Shown in pieces: positions 1 to 9,626 of a DNA stretch of 44,963 nt; positions within the stretch are counted from its first letter, which is position 1; each line of letters begins with the position of its first letter. Origin of the DNA: a virus (taxonomy: Duplodnaviria; Caudoviricetes); the IMG/VR virus record IMGVR_UViG_3300005662_000002, positions 1-44,963 of that record; one strand, given 5' to 3'. The position numbers and the translations under genes were made by a program. The notes below the pieces were generated by a model. That model did no database searches. It saw only the letters and a program-made list of their open reading frames with translations, and was not told the origin of the DNA.

Positions 1-100
1 CAATCATTTGAATTAGGCATTAATAATAATAGTTTTTTTGTTGTTTGCGATTCTGTTTTAGGTACTCCAGTGGATATACCTTTATCAAGAAGGGAAGAAA
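1..100. repeat. 100-bp terminal direct repeat (copy 1); circular assembly overlap
   Basis: Bases 1-100 (caatcatttg...agggaagaaa) are identical to 44864-44963, and a reading frame continues across the junction. Confidence 0.95.
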
Positions 101-168
101 TTAGGCAATTGATTTTAAGATTAAAACCATTACATTTGCCTTGCTTATTATTTGTAATATCAAGTTAA
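1..168 (+). CDS. 3' part of Mu gp48-like/DUF2313 baseplate protein (gene starts at 44357 and wraps the origin)
   Basis: Frame 1 reads QSFELG...RQLILRLKPLHLPCLLFVISS* (TAA 166-168), in frame with ATG 44357. The LKPxH C-terminal motif is typical of this family. Confidence 0.8.
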   Translation, partial: QSFELGINNNSFFVVCDSVLGTPVDIPLSRREEIRQLILRLKPLHLPCLLFVISS

Positions 169-178
169 TATAATATTT

Positions 179-778
179 ATGAAATTATTAAAAAATAAAG
201 TTAATTCTAGTGCCGATGCTAGTTATCCACTTGGTAAAATTAGAGACGATAATGGTGACGGAATAAGCGGTTCGCAAGTTGATGCTGAATTTATGAACGA
301 TTACGTTCAATTCATGGAGAAAATGTTTGCTGATTCAGGTTTAACAGCAAATGACGATCCTGATAATGAAACAAATGGTTATCAATTATTTGAAGCATTT
401 AAAGTTTCATTAAGAAAAAATAAAGGTTTTCTAACAAGTTGTTTTAGATTGACAGGAACTTCGACTGAACTTGTTATAACTGATACAATTATCGATGAGA
501 TAGGAGGTACAATTAGTTTAAGCAGATCTACTACTGGAGAATACATTTTTTCTTTAACAAAAACAGGATTATCATCATCAAGTAAAGTTTATATTGATTT
601 TTCATCAGGGGCTAGAGATTTAGCAGGTTCACCATTAAGAGATGCTAATATTGAAAGTTTTGGGGCTAGTACAAATTTATTAAATGCAATTATAATAAAT
701 AGACAAATAAGTGGGGCTAGCATTGGTAGTTTAATAGATGATTTTGAAGGAGTATTAAGAATAACAATTTATGATTAA
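179..778 (+). CDS. short tail fibre/fibre-attachment protein
   Basis: Follows the gp47/gp48-like genes. N-terminal VDAEFMNDYVQFMEKMFADSGLTANDDPDNETNGYQLFEA resembles Mu-type fibre baseplate-binding N-termini. Confidence 0.6.
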   Translation: MKLLKNKVNSSADASYPLGKIRDDNGDGISGSQVDAEFMNDYVQFMEKMFADSGLTANDDPDNETNGYQLFEAFKVSLRKNKGFLTSCFRLTGTSTELVITDTIIDEIGGTISLSRSTTGEYIFSLTKTGLSSSSKVYIDFSSGARDLAGSPLRDANIESFGASTNLLNAIIINRQISGASIGSLIDDFEGVLRITIYD

Positions 779-1577
779 CAGTCAATTTTTCGATATTGAC
801 AATGATGCTGTAAAAAACTTTACGGACGACCTTAGAAAGATGAAAAATAAATCTTTTCCATGGGTTGTCCGTAATACATTAAATGATTTGGCAAAAGACG
901 TTAAACAACGTACAATGCCAAAACATGCACAACAAGAATTTACGAATAGAACTAAGACTTTTTTTAAATCGCAATCTTCAGTAAATTTTGCTAGTGGGAA
1001 TAATATTAATAGAATGCGTTCCGAAATTGGTTTTGCTAATTGGAAAACTAAAACTGATGCCGTAAGCAACTTAGAACAACAAGAACATGGAGGTATAATT
1101 GATGATCGTGATTTTTTACCAATGAATCAAGCTCGTATTTCAAACAGCTTAAATAGAATGGTTCGTGGTAAAAATAGGATTCAAGGTATTAGAAAGACTA
1201 AAAAAATGGCTAGTAAAGCAGCTATTTATGATGCACAATCAACTAATTTATTTGCAAATAGTTTTGGTAGAAGCAAGAGAAATCCTAATACTACAAAAAG
1301 TCAACGTATTTTAATTGCTGCGATTAACACAAAAAAAGGAGGCTATTTTCGAACCGACAATAGTTTATTTTATGTTGATAGTTTAACCGAAGTTAAAAAA
1401 AATAGAAAATATAAATTTAGGATTACAAAGGTTTATTCTTATAAAAAAGGTAGATCGGTTAGAATTAAAAATGCTACTCATTTCATGGAAAAATCAACTA
1501 TTGATACAATGAAAATTGCGGATAGCATATATATTGCTCATGCAGAACATAAACTGCGTAATAATTTTAGATCATGA
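771..1577 (+). CDS. neck/tail completion protein (gpZ/HK97 gp10-like)
   Basis: Basic 268-aa protein with a VVRNTLNDLAKDVK-type N-terminal helix, inside the morphogenesis operon. Confidence 0.5.
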   Translation: MINSQFFDIDNDAVKNFTDDLRKMKNKSFPWVVRNTLNDLAKDVKQRTMPKHAQQEFTNRTKTFFKSQSSVNFASGNNINRMRSEIGFANWKTKTDAVSNLEQQEHGGIIDDRDFLPMNQARISNSLNRMVRGKNRIQGIRKTKKMASKAAIYDAQSTNLFANSFGRSKRNPNTTKSQRILIAAINTKKGGYFRTDNSLFYVDSLTEVKKNRKYKFRITKVYSYKKGRSVRIKNATHFMEKSTIDTMKIADSIYIAHAEHKLRNNFRS

Positions 1578-2800
1578 GTTGGTTACAAAAAGTTGAAAAA
1601 GGAATAAGCATTACAACTGGTGATGGTCGTAAATATACACCCGAATATTTTATAACGCCTAAATCAACGGATTTTAATATTGCCGAATTTAATTTTCCAA
1701 ACGTTGAAGGAACACTTGTTAAACGTGGAACTGTCAAGGGAGCGAAACATAATTTCGTATTTGTTTTTCAAGGTGAAAATCATTTAGACGTTACGTTTAA
1801 TTTTGAATTGTCGGCAAAAGACAATCGTCCATGGATAATTGAACATCCTTTATATGGTAATTTAAGAGTTCATCCAACATCATTAACATACGATTCAACA
1901 GGGATAAATATTACACGTGTAACTGGAGAATTTATTGAAACCATTTTAGATACATTTCCACAAGTTTCACTGAATCCAAAAGAGTTTATTTCAATTCAAT
2001 CCACAAATGCAATTGAAGAGTGCGTTGTTTCTACATCAAATAAATTAGTCGCGGATAGTAAACTTCAAAAAATATTAGACAAATTAACAAAATCAATTTA
2101 TAACATTAATTCTGCGATAACTAAAATTCAAGAAGAAGCAGGAGATTATATGAATATTTTTAATAATGCATTGGCTCAAATTGATACAATACAATCAAAT
2201 TTAGATAGTGCAATTAGAAATATCGGTAATGTAGTTAATTTCCCTTCACGATTTGTCGCTTCAATAAAATTAAAAATAGAAGGTTTTCAAGAATCGTTTT
2301 TAACTTTAGATGAAATATTTAAATTGCCAGAAAGTTTAAATAATAAAGTGACATATGAATTTTTTGGAACTTCAATAATATCATCTACTGTAAGTACAAT
2401 TGCCTTTTCTGAAACCACTGATTTTGAAACAACAAATGATGTTATCAATACCATTGATGCTGTTTTGACAATGCAAAATTCATTTATTACTAAATTAGAT
2501 GATTTACAAAATGACACAATAGGCGATGAAGATGCTTACATTCCGAATTATGATTCATTAAATGAAATGAATATTTTAGTAAATTTTGCAGTTGCGAATT
2601 TACTTGACATTGCAACACAATCAAAACAAGAACGATCATTTTATTTGGAAGATGATTCAAATGCATTGTTACTTACTCATAGATTATACGGATTGGATCA
2701 AGATGATGAAAATTTAGTTAAATTTATGAAACAGAATAATATCATTTTGAATGAAATTATTCAAATAAAAAAAGGTAGAAAAATTGTTTATTTTGTATGA
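1574..2800 (+). CDS. Mu gp43-like DNA circularisation/tail tube initiator protein
   Basis: Motifs FNFPNVEGTLV and HPLYG, helical middle, LysM-like C-terminus (LLLTHRLYG...NNI); precedes hub and spike genes. Confidence 0.7.
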   Translation: MSWLQKVEKGISITTGDGRKYTPEYFITPKSTDFNIAEFNFPNVEGTLVKRGTVKGAKHNFVFVFQGENHLDVTFNFELSAKDNRPWIIEHPLYGNLRVHPTSLTYDSTGINITRVTGEFIETILDTFPQVSLNPKEFISIQSTNAIEECVVSTSNKLVADSKLQKILDKLTKSIYNINSAITKIQEEAGDYMNIFNNALAQIDTIQSNLDSAIRNIGNVVNFPSRFVASIKLKIEGFQESFLTLDEIFKLPESLNNKVTYEFFGTSIISSTVSTIAFSETTDFETTNDVINTIDAVLTMQNSFITKLDDLQNDTIGDEDAYIPNYDSLNEMNILVNFAVANLLDIATQSKQERSFYLEDDSNALLLTHRLYGLDQDDENLVKFMKQNNIILNEIIQIKKGRKIVYFV

Positions 2801-3873
2801 GTTTTACAATAAGTATAAGTGATCGTTTTCGTAATCGAACTGTTGATTTTTTTAATGAATTTTCGTTCACATTACAACATGATGCCGTTGGTAGTACGTT
2901 TTCATTTAGTTCATATTTTGATCCGTTTAATCCAGAACATAAAGAAATGTATTGTGTATCGCACTTTCATGATGTTACTGTAAAATCAAACGATGAAGTT
3001 TTAATATTTGGAAATATTTTAACACAAAGTTTTGCGGTGAATGAAGTTTCAAATTTGGTAAGTATTAATGGATATTCACGAACGGGAATTTTAGAGGATT
3101 CAACAGTACCATTGAGTTGTTACCCATTACAATCCAATGGAATGTCATTGTATCAAATTGCAAAGCGTATATGCGATAAATTTAACATTAAAATAGTTGT
3201 TGATCCATCCGTAAGTAAATTGGTTAATTCATCCTATAAAAGTGTTACGGCATCCGAAAGTGAATCAATTAAAAGTTATTTATCAAATTTAGCAAGTCAA
3301 AAAAATGTAATTATAACACATACCAATAAAGGTGAATTATATTTTACAACTTCAAAAACAAATGCTACTCCAATACTTGATTTTGATTTAACAACGGATC
3401 GTCCAAACGGAATGACATTTAGCATGGATTATTCGGGGCAACCAATTCACTCCGTAATTAACGTGTTAAAACAAGCATCTGTTGATAATAATAATTCTAC
3501 TCAATTTTCAATTCGTAATCCATACGTACTTGGTAGCTATTTTAAACCAACTACGGAGATTCAATCAAGCGGTGAAGACATTGATGCTCGATTGGTAGCA
3601 AGAAGGTCTTTATCGAACGAATTAAAGAACATTAAATTGACAATTTCAATTGATAGATGGGATTTGAACGGGAAAGTAATTCGTCCTAACAATATTATTA
3701 GTATTTTAGCTCCACATTTATATATTTATAAAAAAGTAAATTGGTTTATTGAATCGGTTGAATATACGGGTAATAATGAAAAACAAACCGCTGTTTTAAA
3801 TTGCGTTTTGCCCGAAGTTTATAACAATTCACCTGTAAAGAGTATATTTGAAGGTATTAATATGCACGCATGA
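2797..3873 (+). CDS. baseplate hub (Mu gp44/gpP-like)
   Basis: 358 aa; GYSRTGILEDS, ICDKFNIKI and IRPNNIISI motifs; synteny. Confidence 0.75.
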   Translation: MSFTISISDRFRNRTVDFFNEFSFTLQHDAVGSTFSFSSYFDPFNPEHKEMYCVSHFHDVTVKSNDEVLIFGNILTQSFAVNEVSNLVSINGYSRTGILEDSTVPLSCYPLQSNGMSLYQIAKRICDKFNIKIVVDPSVSKLVNSSYKSVTASESESIKSYLSNLASQKNVIITHTNKGELYFTTSKTNATPILDFDLTTDRPNGMTFSMDYSGQPIHSVINVLKQASVDNNNSTQFSIRNPYVLGSYFKPTTEIQSSGEDIDARLVARRSLSNELKNIKLTISIDRWDLNGKVIRPNNIISILAPHLYIYKKVNWFIESVEYTGNNEKQTAVLNCVLPEVYNNSPVKSIFEGINMHA

Positions 3874-4397
3874 TACAATTAGTTAAAATAATTTCTACTA
3901 CAATTGATAGCGCAAATAGGCGACTTGTAAAGTTTTTTCGTTTTGGTAAAGACGATGTTCAAGAAGTTTTAAATGCTTCTGCATCGGGTGACGATTCACC
4001 GCCAACTGAAAATATGCGTGGAATATATGTACAAACTAGTCAAGTTGGAACTCCCGTATTAGTTGGATATATTAATGATAAACAAATTGCAAAACCTGGT
4101 GAAAAAAGAATTTTTGCTACGGATCAAAATGGAAATTTGCTATTGCATTTTTACATGAAAGATGATAGTACAATTGAGCTGGGAGGAACTGGAAATTATG
4201 CGGTGAAATATAATGAATTAGAAACTCAATTTAATGAATTACAAACAAAATTTAATTCGTTTGTTAATTCTTATAATGTACATTTTCATGCAGCTAATGG
4301 AGCTACACCTGCATATCCACCTTTAATATTTCCTCCTAATACATCAGGAGCTGATATTACACTTACAAAAAATAGCAAAATACAAACAATACAATGA
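3870..4397 (+). CDS. baseplate central spike (Mu gp45-like)
   Basis: GDDSPP and PGEKRIF motifs, C-terminal HxH (VHFH) metal-binding apex motif; follows the hub. Confidence 0.7.
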   Translation: MIQLVKIISTTIDSANRRLVKFFRFGKDDVQEVLNASASGDDSPPTENMRGIYVQTSQVGTPVLVGYINDKQIAKPGEKRIFATDQNGNLLLHFYMKDDSTIELGGTGNYAVKYNELETQFNELQTKFNSFVNSYNVHFHAANGATPAYPPLIFPPNTSGADITLTKNSKIQTIQ

Positions 4398-4696
4398 ATA
4401 ATATTTTAGTCTTTAAACTAGATTCGGGGCAGCAAACGGCAACGCAGATTCGCTCCAAAATTGCACAAATCGATGCGATTATCTCGGCTTTGTACGATAC
4501 TGCCCTAAAATCAGTTCAAGGAGGTGATATATATTACCATGAAATTGATACAGGACAATCAAGGCAACGTGTTCAATATACAACCATGGATAGCGTTGTT
4601 AAATCAATTGAAGGTTACGAAAAACTTAGAATGATGTTAGAAGTTAAATTGCAACCTAGAATGGTTCGATTAATGGATTCAAAAAATTTTAGATAA
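4394..4696 (+). CDS. head-tail joining protein (gpW-like)
   Basis: 100 aa, helix-hairpin-helix pattern (YHEIDTGQSRQRVQY), directly upstream of the portal. Confidence 0.65.
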   Translation: MNNILVFKLDSGQQTATQIRSKIAQIDAIISALYDTALKSVQGGDIYYHEIDTGQSRQRVQYTTMDSVVKSIEGYEKLRMMLEVKLQPRMVRLMDSKNFR

Positions 4697-6276
4697 TGAA
4701 AATATTAGGATTTGAAATAGGTTCAAAAAAACCTATAATTAATAAAAAACAACCAAAACAAAGTATTAGTGCTTCTACTTTTGGTCGTTGGGGAAATGCT
4801 TATTCCGTTTCATTTGATGGAGAAAAAAGTTTAGGTGAACTTGGTCCAGTAATTAAATATGAATTAGATTATAACAAACTTCGATTAAGATCATGGCAAT
4901 CATTATTAGAAAATGATTTGTCTAAAACAATTTTTAATAAATATACAAATTGGATTATTGGATCGGGTTTAAAATTACAATGTACACCACAAAAAGAAGT
5001 TTTACAAGCGGAAGGAATTACTATTGATGAATCATACAATAGAATTATTGAATCTAGATTTTCTGTTTATTCTAAATCAAAAAAATCAAGTTATTCGGGT
5101 GAAATTTCATTAAATGAACTTTCAAAAGAAGCATTCAAAAATGCTCGTGTTGGTGGTGACGTTTTAGTTATTGCTAGATATAATAAAAAATTAAAAAGCG
5201 TAACATTTCAATTAATTGATGGTGAACAAGTTTCTACTCCATTCAATGAAAATTCATTTAATAATAAAATAAAAAATGGAATTGAAATTGATGAAAAAGG
5301 AACTCATGTTGCATACCATATTCAAAAAGATAATTTAAATTGGGAACGTGTAACTGCATACGATGAAAAAACAGGTTTACGTATGGCATTTATGGTATAT
5401 GGTAACAAATATCGACTTGCAAACGTTCGTGGTATTCCTGCAATTGCAACTTCATTAGAAACATTAAAAAAGATTGAACGTTACAAAGAAGCTGCCGTTG
5501 GTAGTGCTGAAGAACGTCAAAAAATAGCATTCTTTATTGAGCATAATCAATTTAGTAATGGGGAAAGTCCTTTGTCGTCTCAAATGGCTTCATTATTTGA
5601 TGCTAATTTATCGGATGAAAATTCGGATATTCCAAAAGATTCAAATGGAGAAGCATTAGCAAGAACAATAGCAGCAACTTCTAATAAAGAAACGTATAAT
5701 TTAACACAAGGTTCTACTTTAAAGCAATTAGAATCTAAAAACGAATTATATTTTAAAGACTTCTACGGAACGAATGCGGAAATAATATGCTCTAGTATTG
5801 GTATTCCACCAAACGTTGCTTTTTCGGTTTATAACGATTCATTTAGTGCTTCTAGAACTGCTACAAAAGATTGGGAACATACAATGGATGTTGAACGTTC
5901 CGATTGGCAAGAACAATTTTACAATCCTATTTTTGCAATTTGGTTACACGTTGAAGTATTGAATAATAGAATTAATATTCCAGGATATTTAGAAAGTTTT
6001 TTAAATGGAAATTGGATTGTTTTAGAAGCATTAACTTCATGTAGATTTACGGGTGCAATGTTCCCACATATTGATCCATTGAAGGAGGTAAAAGCCGAAC
6101 GTGAAAAACTAGGAATCTTAGGAGCTAATATTCCATTGACGACAGTTGAACAAGCAACGGAATCTTTATTTAGTGGAAATAGCGATTCAAATATGGAGCA
6201 ATTTTCGGAAGAGTTGAAAAAATCAATTCAATTAGGATTAGTAGATCAAACAAAATCAATCAATCCCATCCAATAA
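4696..6276 (+). CDS. portal protein, lambda family
   Basis: Motifs LRLRSW, IIGSGLKL, NGIEIDEKG, VRGIP, SFSASR and HIDPLKEVKA. Confidence 0.92.
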   Translation: MKILGFEIGSKKPIINKKQPKQSISASTFGRWGNAYSVSFDGEKSLGELGPVIKYELDYNKLRLRSWQSLLENDLSKTIFNKYTNWIIGSGLKLQCTPQKEVLQAEGITIDESYNRIIESRFSVYSKSKKSSYSGEISLNELSKEAFKNARVGGDVLVIARYNKKLKSVTFQLIDGEQVSTPFNENSFNNKIKNGIEIDEKGTHVAYHIQKDNLNWERVTAYDEKTGLRMAFMVYGNKYRLANVRGIPAIATSLETLKKIERYKEAAVGSAEERQKIAFFIEHNQFSNGESPLSSQMASLFDANLSDENSDIPKDSNGEALARTIAATSNKETYNLTQGSTLKQLESKNELYFKDFYGTNAEIICSSIGIPPNVAFSVYNDSFSASRTATKDWEHTMDVERSDWQEQFYNPIFAIWLHVEVLNNRINIPGYLESFLNGNWIVLEALTSCRFTGAMFPHIDPLKEVKAEREKLGILGANIPLTTVEQATESLFSGNSDSNMEQFSEELKKSIQLGLVDQTKSINPIQ

Positions 6277-6561
6277 ATCATTTTCATGCATTCGTAAGAA
6301 TTGTCCGTTTGATAAACCTAAATTATAAGTGAGCGTGTTTAATTCACGCTCAACTTGTTTTGGTACGTTATATATTTTAATATCCGAACGTATATCCATT
6401 TTTTTAAGTATATTTTTTTCTTGATGAGAATATTTATCTAAAATCTTTTGAATTTGTTTTACCATTAATTCAGATTTTTTTTGTCTTGTTCGATAAGCAT
6501 GTTCGGTTATTTTTTTGCTTATTTCATCATTCAATCGGTAAATCCTTATGTAATTATCCAT
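6256..6561 (-). CDS. small basic putative DNA-binding protein (RHH-like)
   Basis: Likely start ATG at 6561 (MDNYIRIYRL), downstream of a TATATTTG box at 6580-6587 (-). Two similar strand-helix-helix segments (IRIYRL.., IKIYNV..). Confidence 0.5.
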   Translation of the reverse strand: MDNYIRIYRLNDEISKKITEHAYRTRQKKSELMVKQIQKILDKYSHQEKNILKKMDIRSDIKIYNVPKQVERELNTLTYNLGLSNGQFLRMHENDLLDGID

Positions 6562-6623
6562 TTGTTCTTTTTTAAGGTACAAATATAATAATTAGTAATT
6601 AAATTAATGTTTATTATTGTCAC

Positions 6624-7574
6624 ATGAATGAAGTTTTATTATACGGAGGTATAGATTCAGAAAGTTCGGCTAACTTTATTAATGCTATTAATGAAGTTGA
6701 CGACAATTTGTTAGTTCGTGTAAATACAGGTGGTGGTGAACCAATGTATGCATGGGGAATGGCAGCTAAATTTTCGGAATTTGAAAAAGCAAAAAAGGTT
6801 CAAGTTGATGGTAAAGCATTTTCTGCTGGATTTTATTTTTGTTTATATGCGGACGAAGTGAATGCTTTGGACGTATCTCAATTTATGATTCATCGTGCTG
6901 CATTTCCTAGTTGGTATGAAGAATCGTCTTATTTTGCTGAATCCGAAAAAACTCAATTACAAAATGTAAACGCAAAATTAAAAGAAGCGTTTGTAAACAA
7001 GGTTGATATTGCTAAGTTCGAAAAAATATCAAAGAAAACAGTTGATGAAATATTCTCAATGGATAGTAGAATTGATGTTTTTCTTACTGCAAAAGAAGCG
7101 AAGCAAATTGGTTTAGTTGACAATATTTTGACAATTACACCAAAAATGAAAGCCGAAATATCAAGTAATATGGAAATGTTTGGTATGAAGCAAATTGAAA
7201 ATGTAACAATTAATACAAACAATAAAAATCACAAAAAAATGACTTTAGAAGCATTTAGAAGTGAGCATCCTGAGGTATTTGCGGAAGCATTGAATTTGGG
7301 TGCTTCAAACGAAAAAGTTCGTGTAAACGCTTGGATGGTGTTTAACGACATTGACCCTGTAACAGTTACCGCTGGAATTAAAGAAGGTAAAGAATTAACT
7401 GTTGACATTATGGCTGAATTAACTAGAAAAAAAGTTTCTGCGGAACATTTGGCTAGTTTAGAAGCAAATTCTGCTCCAGTTGTTGAAAATACCGATCAAA
7501 AACCAACAACTGAAACAAGTGCATTGGAGGAATTAAGCGCAAAATTGGACGCTGAATTAGGTTTAACTAAATAA
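6624..7574 (+). CDS. ClpP-type prohead maturation protease with C-terminal scaffold region
   Basis: VNTGGG, DGKAFSAG (catalytic Ser), FMIHRA (His) and FLTAKEAKQIGLVD motifs. Confidence 0.9.
   Translation: MNEVLLYGGIDSESSANFINAINEVDDNLLVRVNTGGGEPMYAWGMAAKFSEFEKAKKVQVDGKAFSAGFYFCLYADEVNALDVSQFMIHRAAFPSWYEESSYFAESEKTQLQNVNAKLKEAFVNKVDIAKFEKISKKTVDEIFSMDSRIDVFLTAKEAKQIGLVDNILTITPKMKAEISSNMEMFGMKQIENVTINTNNKNHKKMTLEAFRSEHPEVFAEALNLGASNEKVRVNAWMVFNDIDPVTVTAGIKEGKELTVDIMAELTRKKVSAEHLASLEANSAPVVENTDQKPTTETSALEELSAKLDAELGLTK
7239..7574 (+). CDS. probable nested scaffold protein (Nu3-like), in-frame internal start
   Basis: In-frame ATG (MTLEAFRSEHPE) preceded by an A-rich initiation context aacaataaaaatcacaaaaaa; parallels lambda C/Nu3. 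Confidence 0.6.
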   Translation: MTLEAFRSEHPEVFAEALNLGASNEKVRVNAWMVFNDIDPVTVTAGIKEGKELTVDIMAELTRKKVSAEHLASLEANSAPVVENTDQKPTTETSALEELSAKLDAELGLTK

Positions 7575-7585
7575 TATAAAATAAA

Positions 7586-8038
7586 ATGGGATTTACTACT
7601 GTTTTAGATACTACAAACCAACTTTATGTTAATGTAGATCAATCGAAAATTTTCTTAGGTGAAAATGAATTTATTTCTGGTAAAATTTCAAATGCTACTG
7701 AAGCAGATGTTACTTTACTTGCTGGTACGTTATTAGGACGTATTTCAACTTCTGGTGGAACTTTTGGTGAATTAAAAGCATTGGATAAAGATTCAACGGA
7801 TGGATCACAATTTCCAGTTGGTATTTTAACTGAAGACTTACTTGTACCTGCGACTTCATTTGCTAATTGCACTGCTTGTGTTGCTGGTTACGTTGCTGAA
7901 GACAAATTAGTTTTTGCTTCTGGTGAATCATTAGATTCTGTTGTATCATCAAGAACTTTAAGAGATCGTATCGCTGGAGATACATTAGGTGTTCGTTTAT
8001 TATCAGGTACTAACTTGACTAAAGCTGACAATTTTTAA
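7586..8038 (+). CDS. head decoration protein (gpD-like)
   Basis: LLAGTLLGR and DGSQFPVGIL motifs; lies between protease and capsid genes. Confidence 0.8.
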   Translation: MGFTTVLDTTNQLYVNVDQSKIFLGENEFISGKISNATEADVTLLAGTLLGRISTSGGTFGELKALDKDSTDGSQFPVGILTEDLLVPATSFANCTACVAGYVAEDKLVFASGESLDSVVSSRTLRDRIAGDTLGVRLLSGTNLTKADNF

Positions 8039-8060
8039 TCAATAAATTAAATTAACAAAA

Positions 8061-9239
8061 ATGAAAAAGTTATCTATTAACGTATTATTAGGATTGTTAC
8101 TTGCTCCGTTCTTTGGCGTGTCTGCATTAACAATGATTTTAGGTGTAATTGCATTGTCTTTTGTTCCACAAGCTACAAACGTGTTTTTTGGTGGTATTCC
8201 ATTGCAAGACATCACACCATTATTTACAAATAAATTAGTTGCGGTTTATAAAGAAAAAACTGCGGTAATGAGTTTTTTAAGAAGTTTCTTTGCTCCAGTT
8301 GTTTCAATGACAAAAGAAGTTTCTATTGCTGTTCAACGTGGTACGGAACGTGTTGCGGTTGACGTTTCAAGATTTTCAAATGGTAATAGAAACACATTTG
8401 ATACATCAAGCGTAAAAGCATTTATCCCACCATTTTACCATGAGTACATGACTGCTAATGAGCATAGATTGTATGATGTTGTTATTACTTCATTAAGTCA
8501 AGGTAATACTACTTATTTTGCTGAATTAACGGCTGAATTAGCGGAGCAATTAATGGAATTAAGAAACAAAATCGAACGTGCAATTGAGTACCAATGCGCA
8601 CAAGTTTTGGAAACTGGTATCGTTACTTTAAATGCAGGTACTTCAATTAACTTTAAACGTAAATCAGGTTCATTGGTAGACAAAGGTGCAGGAAATTATT
8701 GGGCTACGGGTACTGTAAATCCATATAAAGACATCGAAGCTGGTTGTAACTTTTTACGTCAACAAGGTAAAGCGCAAGGTTCTGTTTTTAATTTAATTAT
8801 GGGTGCTACTGCATATAGCGATTTTCAAAACAATACAATTGTTAAAGAAAGAAATGATTTGACAAACGTATCTTTTGACGCATTATCTGCTCCAGTACGT
8901 AATTCAGTTGGTGCTTCATTGCACGGTGAGATTTCAGCAGGTTCTTACAAGGTTAGAATTTGGACGTACAATGAAGTATTTGAAGACGCAAATGGAAACT
9001 TTGTACCTTATGTTAATGAGAAAAAAGTTATTTTACTTCCTGAGAATCCAAACTTTAAATTAGTTTATGCAGCAGTTCCACAATTGATTCAAGGAGGTAG
9101 AATACCACAACAAGGTGAATATTTAATTCAAGACTTTATCGACGAAAAACAAACGTCTCATGAAGTTCACATTAAATCTGCTCCAATTGCATTGCCTGTT
9201 GCAATCGATCAAATTTACACACTTAAAGTTGTTGCATAA
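8061..9239 (+). CDS. major capsid protein (lambda gpE family) with ~45-aa hydrophobic N-terminal extension
   Basis: SFLRSFF, FIPPFYHE, IERAIEYQCAQVLETG and IKSAPIALP motifs; synteny. Confidence 0.9.
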   Translation: MKKLSINVLLGLLLAPFFGVSALTMILGVIALSFVPQATNVFFGGIPLQDITPLFTNKLVAVYKEKTAVMSFLRSFFAPVVSMTKEVSIAVQRGTERVAVDVSRFSNGNRNTFDTSSVKAFIPPFYHEYMTANEHRLYDVVITSLSQGNTTYFAELTAELAEQLMELRNKIERAIEYQCAQVLETGIVTLNAGTSINFKRKSGSLVDKGAGNYWATGTVNPYKDIEAGCNFLRQQGKAQGSVFNLIMGATAYSDFQNNTIVKERNDLTNVSFDALSAPVRNSVGASLHGEISAGSYKVRIWTYNEVFEDANGNFVPYVNEKKVILLPENPNFKLVYAAVPQLIQGGRIPQQGEYLIQDFIDEKQTSHEVHIKSAPIALPVAIDQIYTLKVVA

Positions 9240-9568
9240 TGTATAAAGTAAAAGCATTATCCGTTGGGTTGCCTGGGAACGTTATTAAACACTCAGGCGA
9301 CATCATCAACGAAGGTCAATTAAAACCTGAGTTAGCCGAAAATTTAGTAAGACAAGGATTTTTAGAGAAATTGCCAATTTTTGAAGAACCAATTGAAGTT
9401 GGTCCAGTTAATAAAATAAGCAAACCTGTAAATATTAAAAACTTACCTAAGTTTGATGAAAAAACGGAAATTGGAGAACCAATGAAAATTGATGAACCAA
9501 TTAAAGTTGTTAAAAAAACTAAAATTAAAAAAGATATTGAACCATTAAATGATGAATTAATCGACTAA
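9239..9568 (+). CDS. hypothetical head-associated protein
   Basis: ORF translationally coupled to the capsid gene and followed by a terminator. Confidence 0.6.
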   Translation: MYKVKALSVGLPGNVIKHSGDIINEGQLKPELAENLVRQGFLEKLPIFEEPIEVGPVNKISKPVNIKNLPKFDEKTEIGEPMKIDEPIKVVKKTKIKKDIEPLNDELID

Positions 9569-9586
9569 TAGTTCTAATTATTAACT

Positions 9587-9616
9587 AAAGTCGTGTTTAT
9601 ACACGACTTTTTTTTT
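9587..9616 (+). terminator. intrinsic terminator of the head operon
   Basis: aaagtcgtgt-ttat-acacgacttt perfect stem followed by a T run. Confidence 0.85.
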
Positions 9617-9626
9617 AACTAAAAAT

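Noticed and set aside
1-100. 100-bp terminal repeat as a biological direct terminal repeat
   Set aside because: It falls mid-gene in the gp48-like CDS and has a round length, so an assembler overlap is the better explanation. A cos candidate exists elsewhere.
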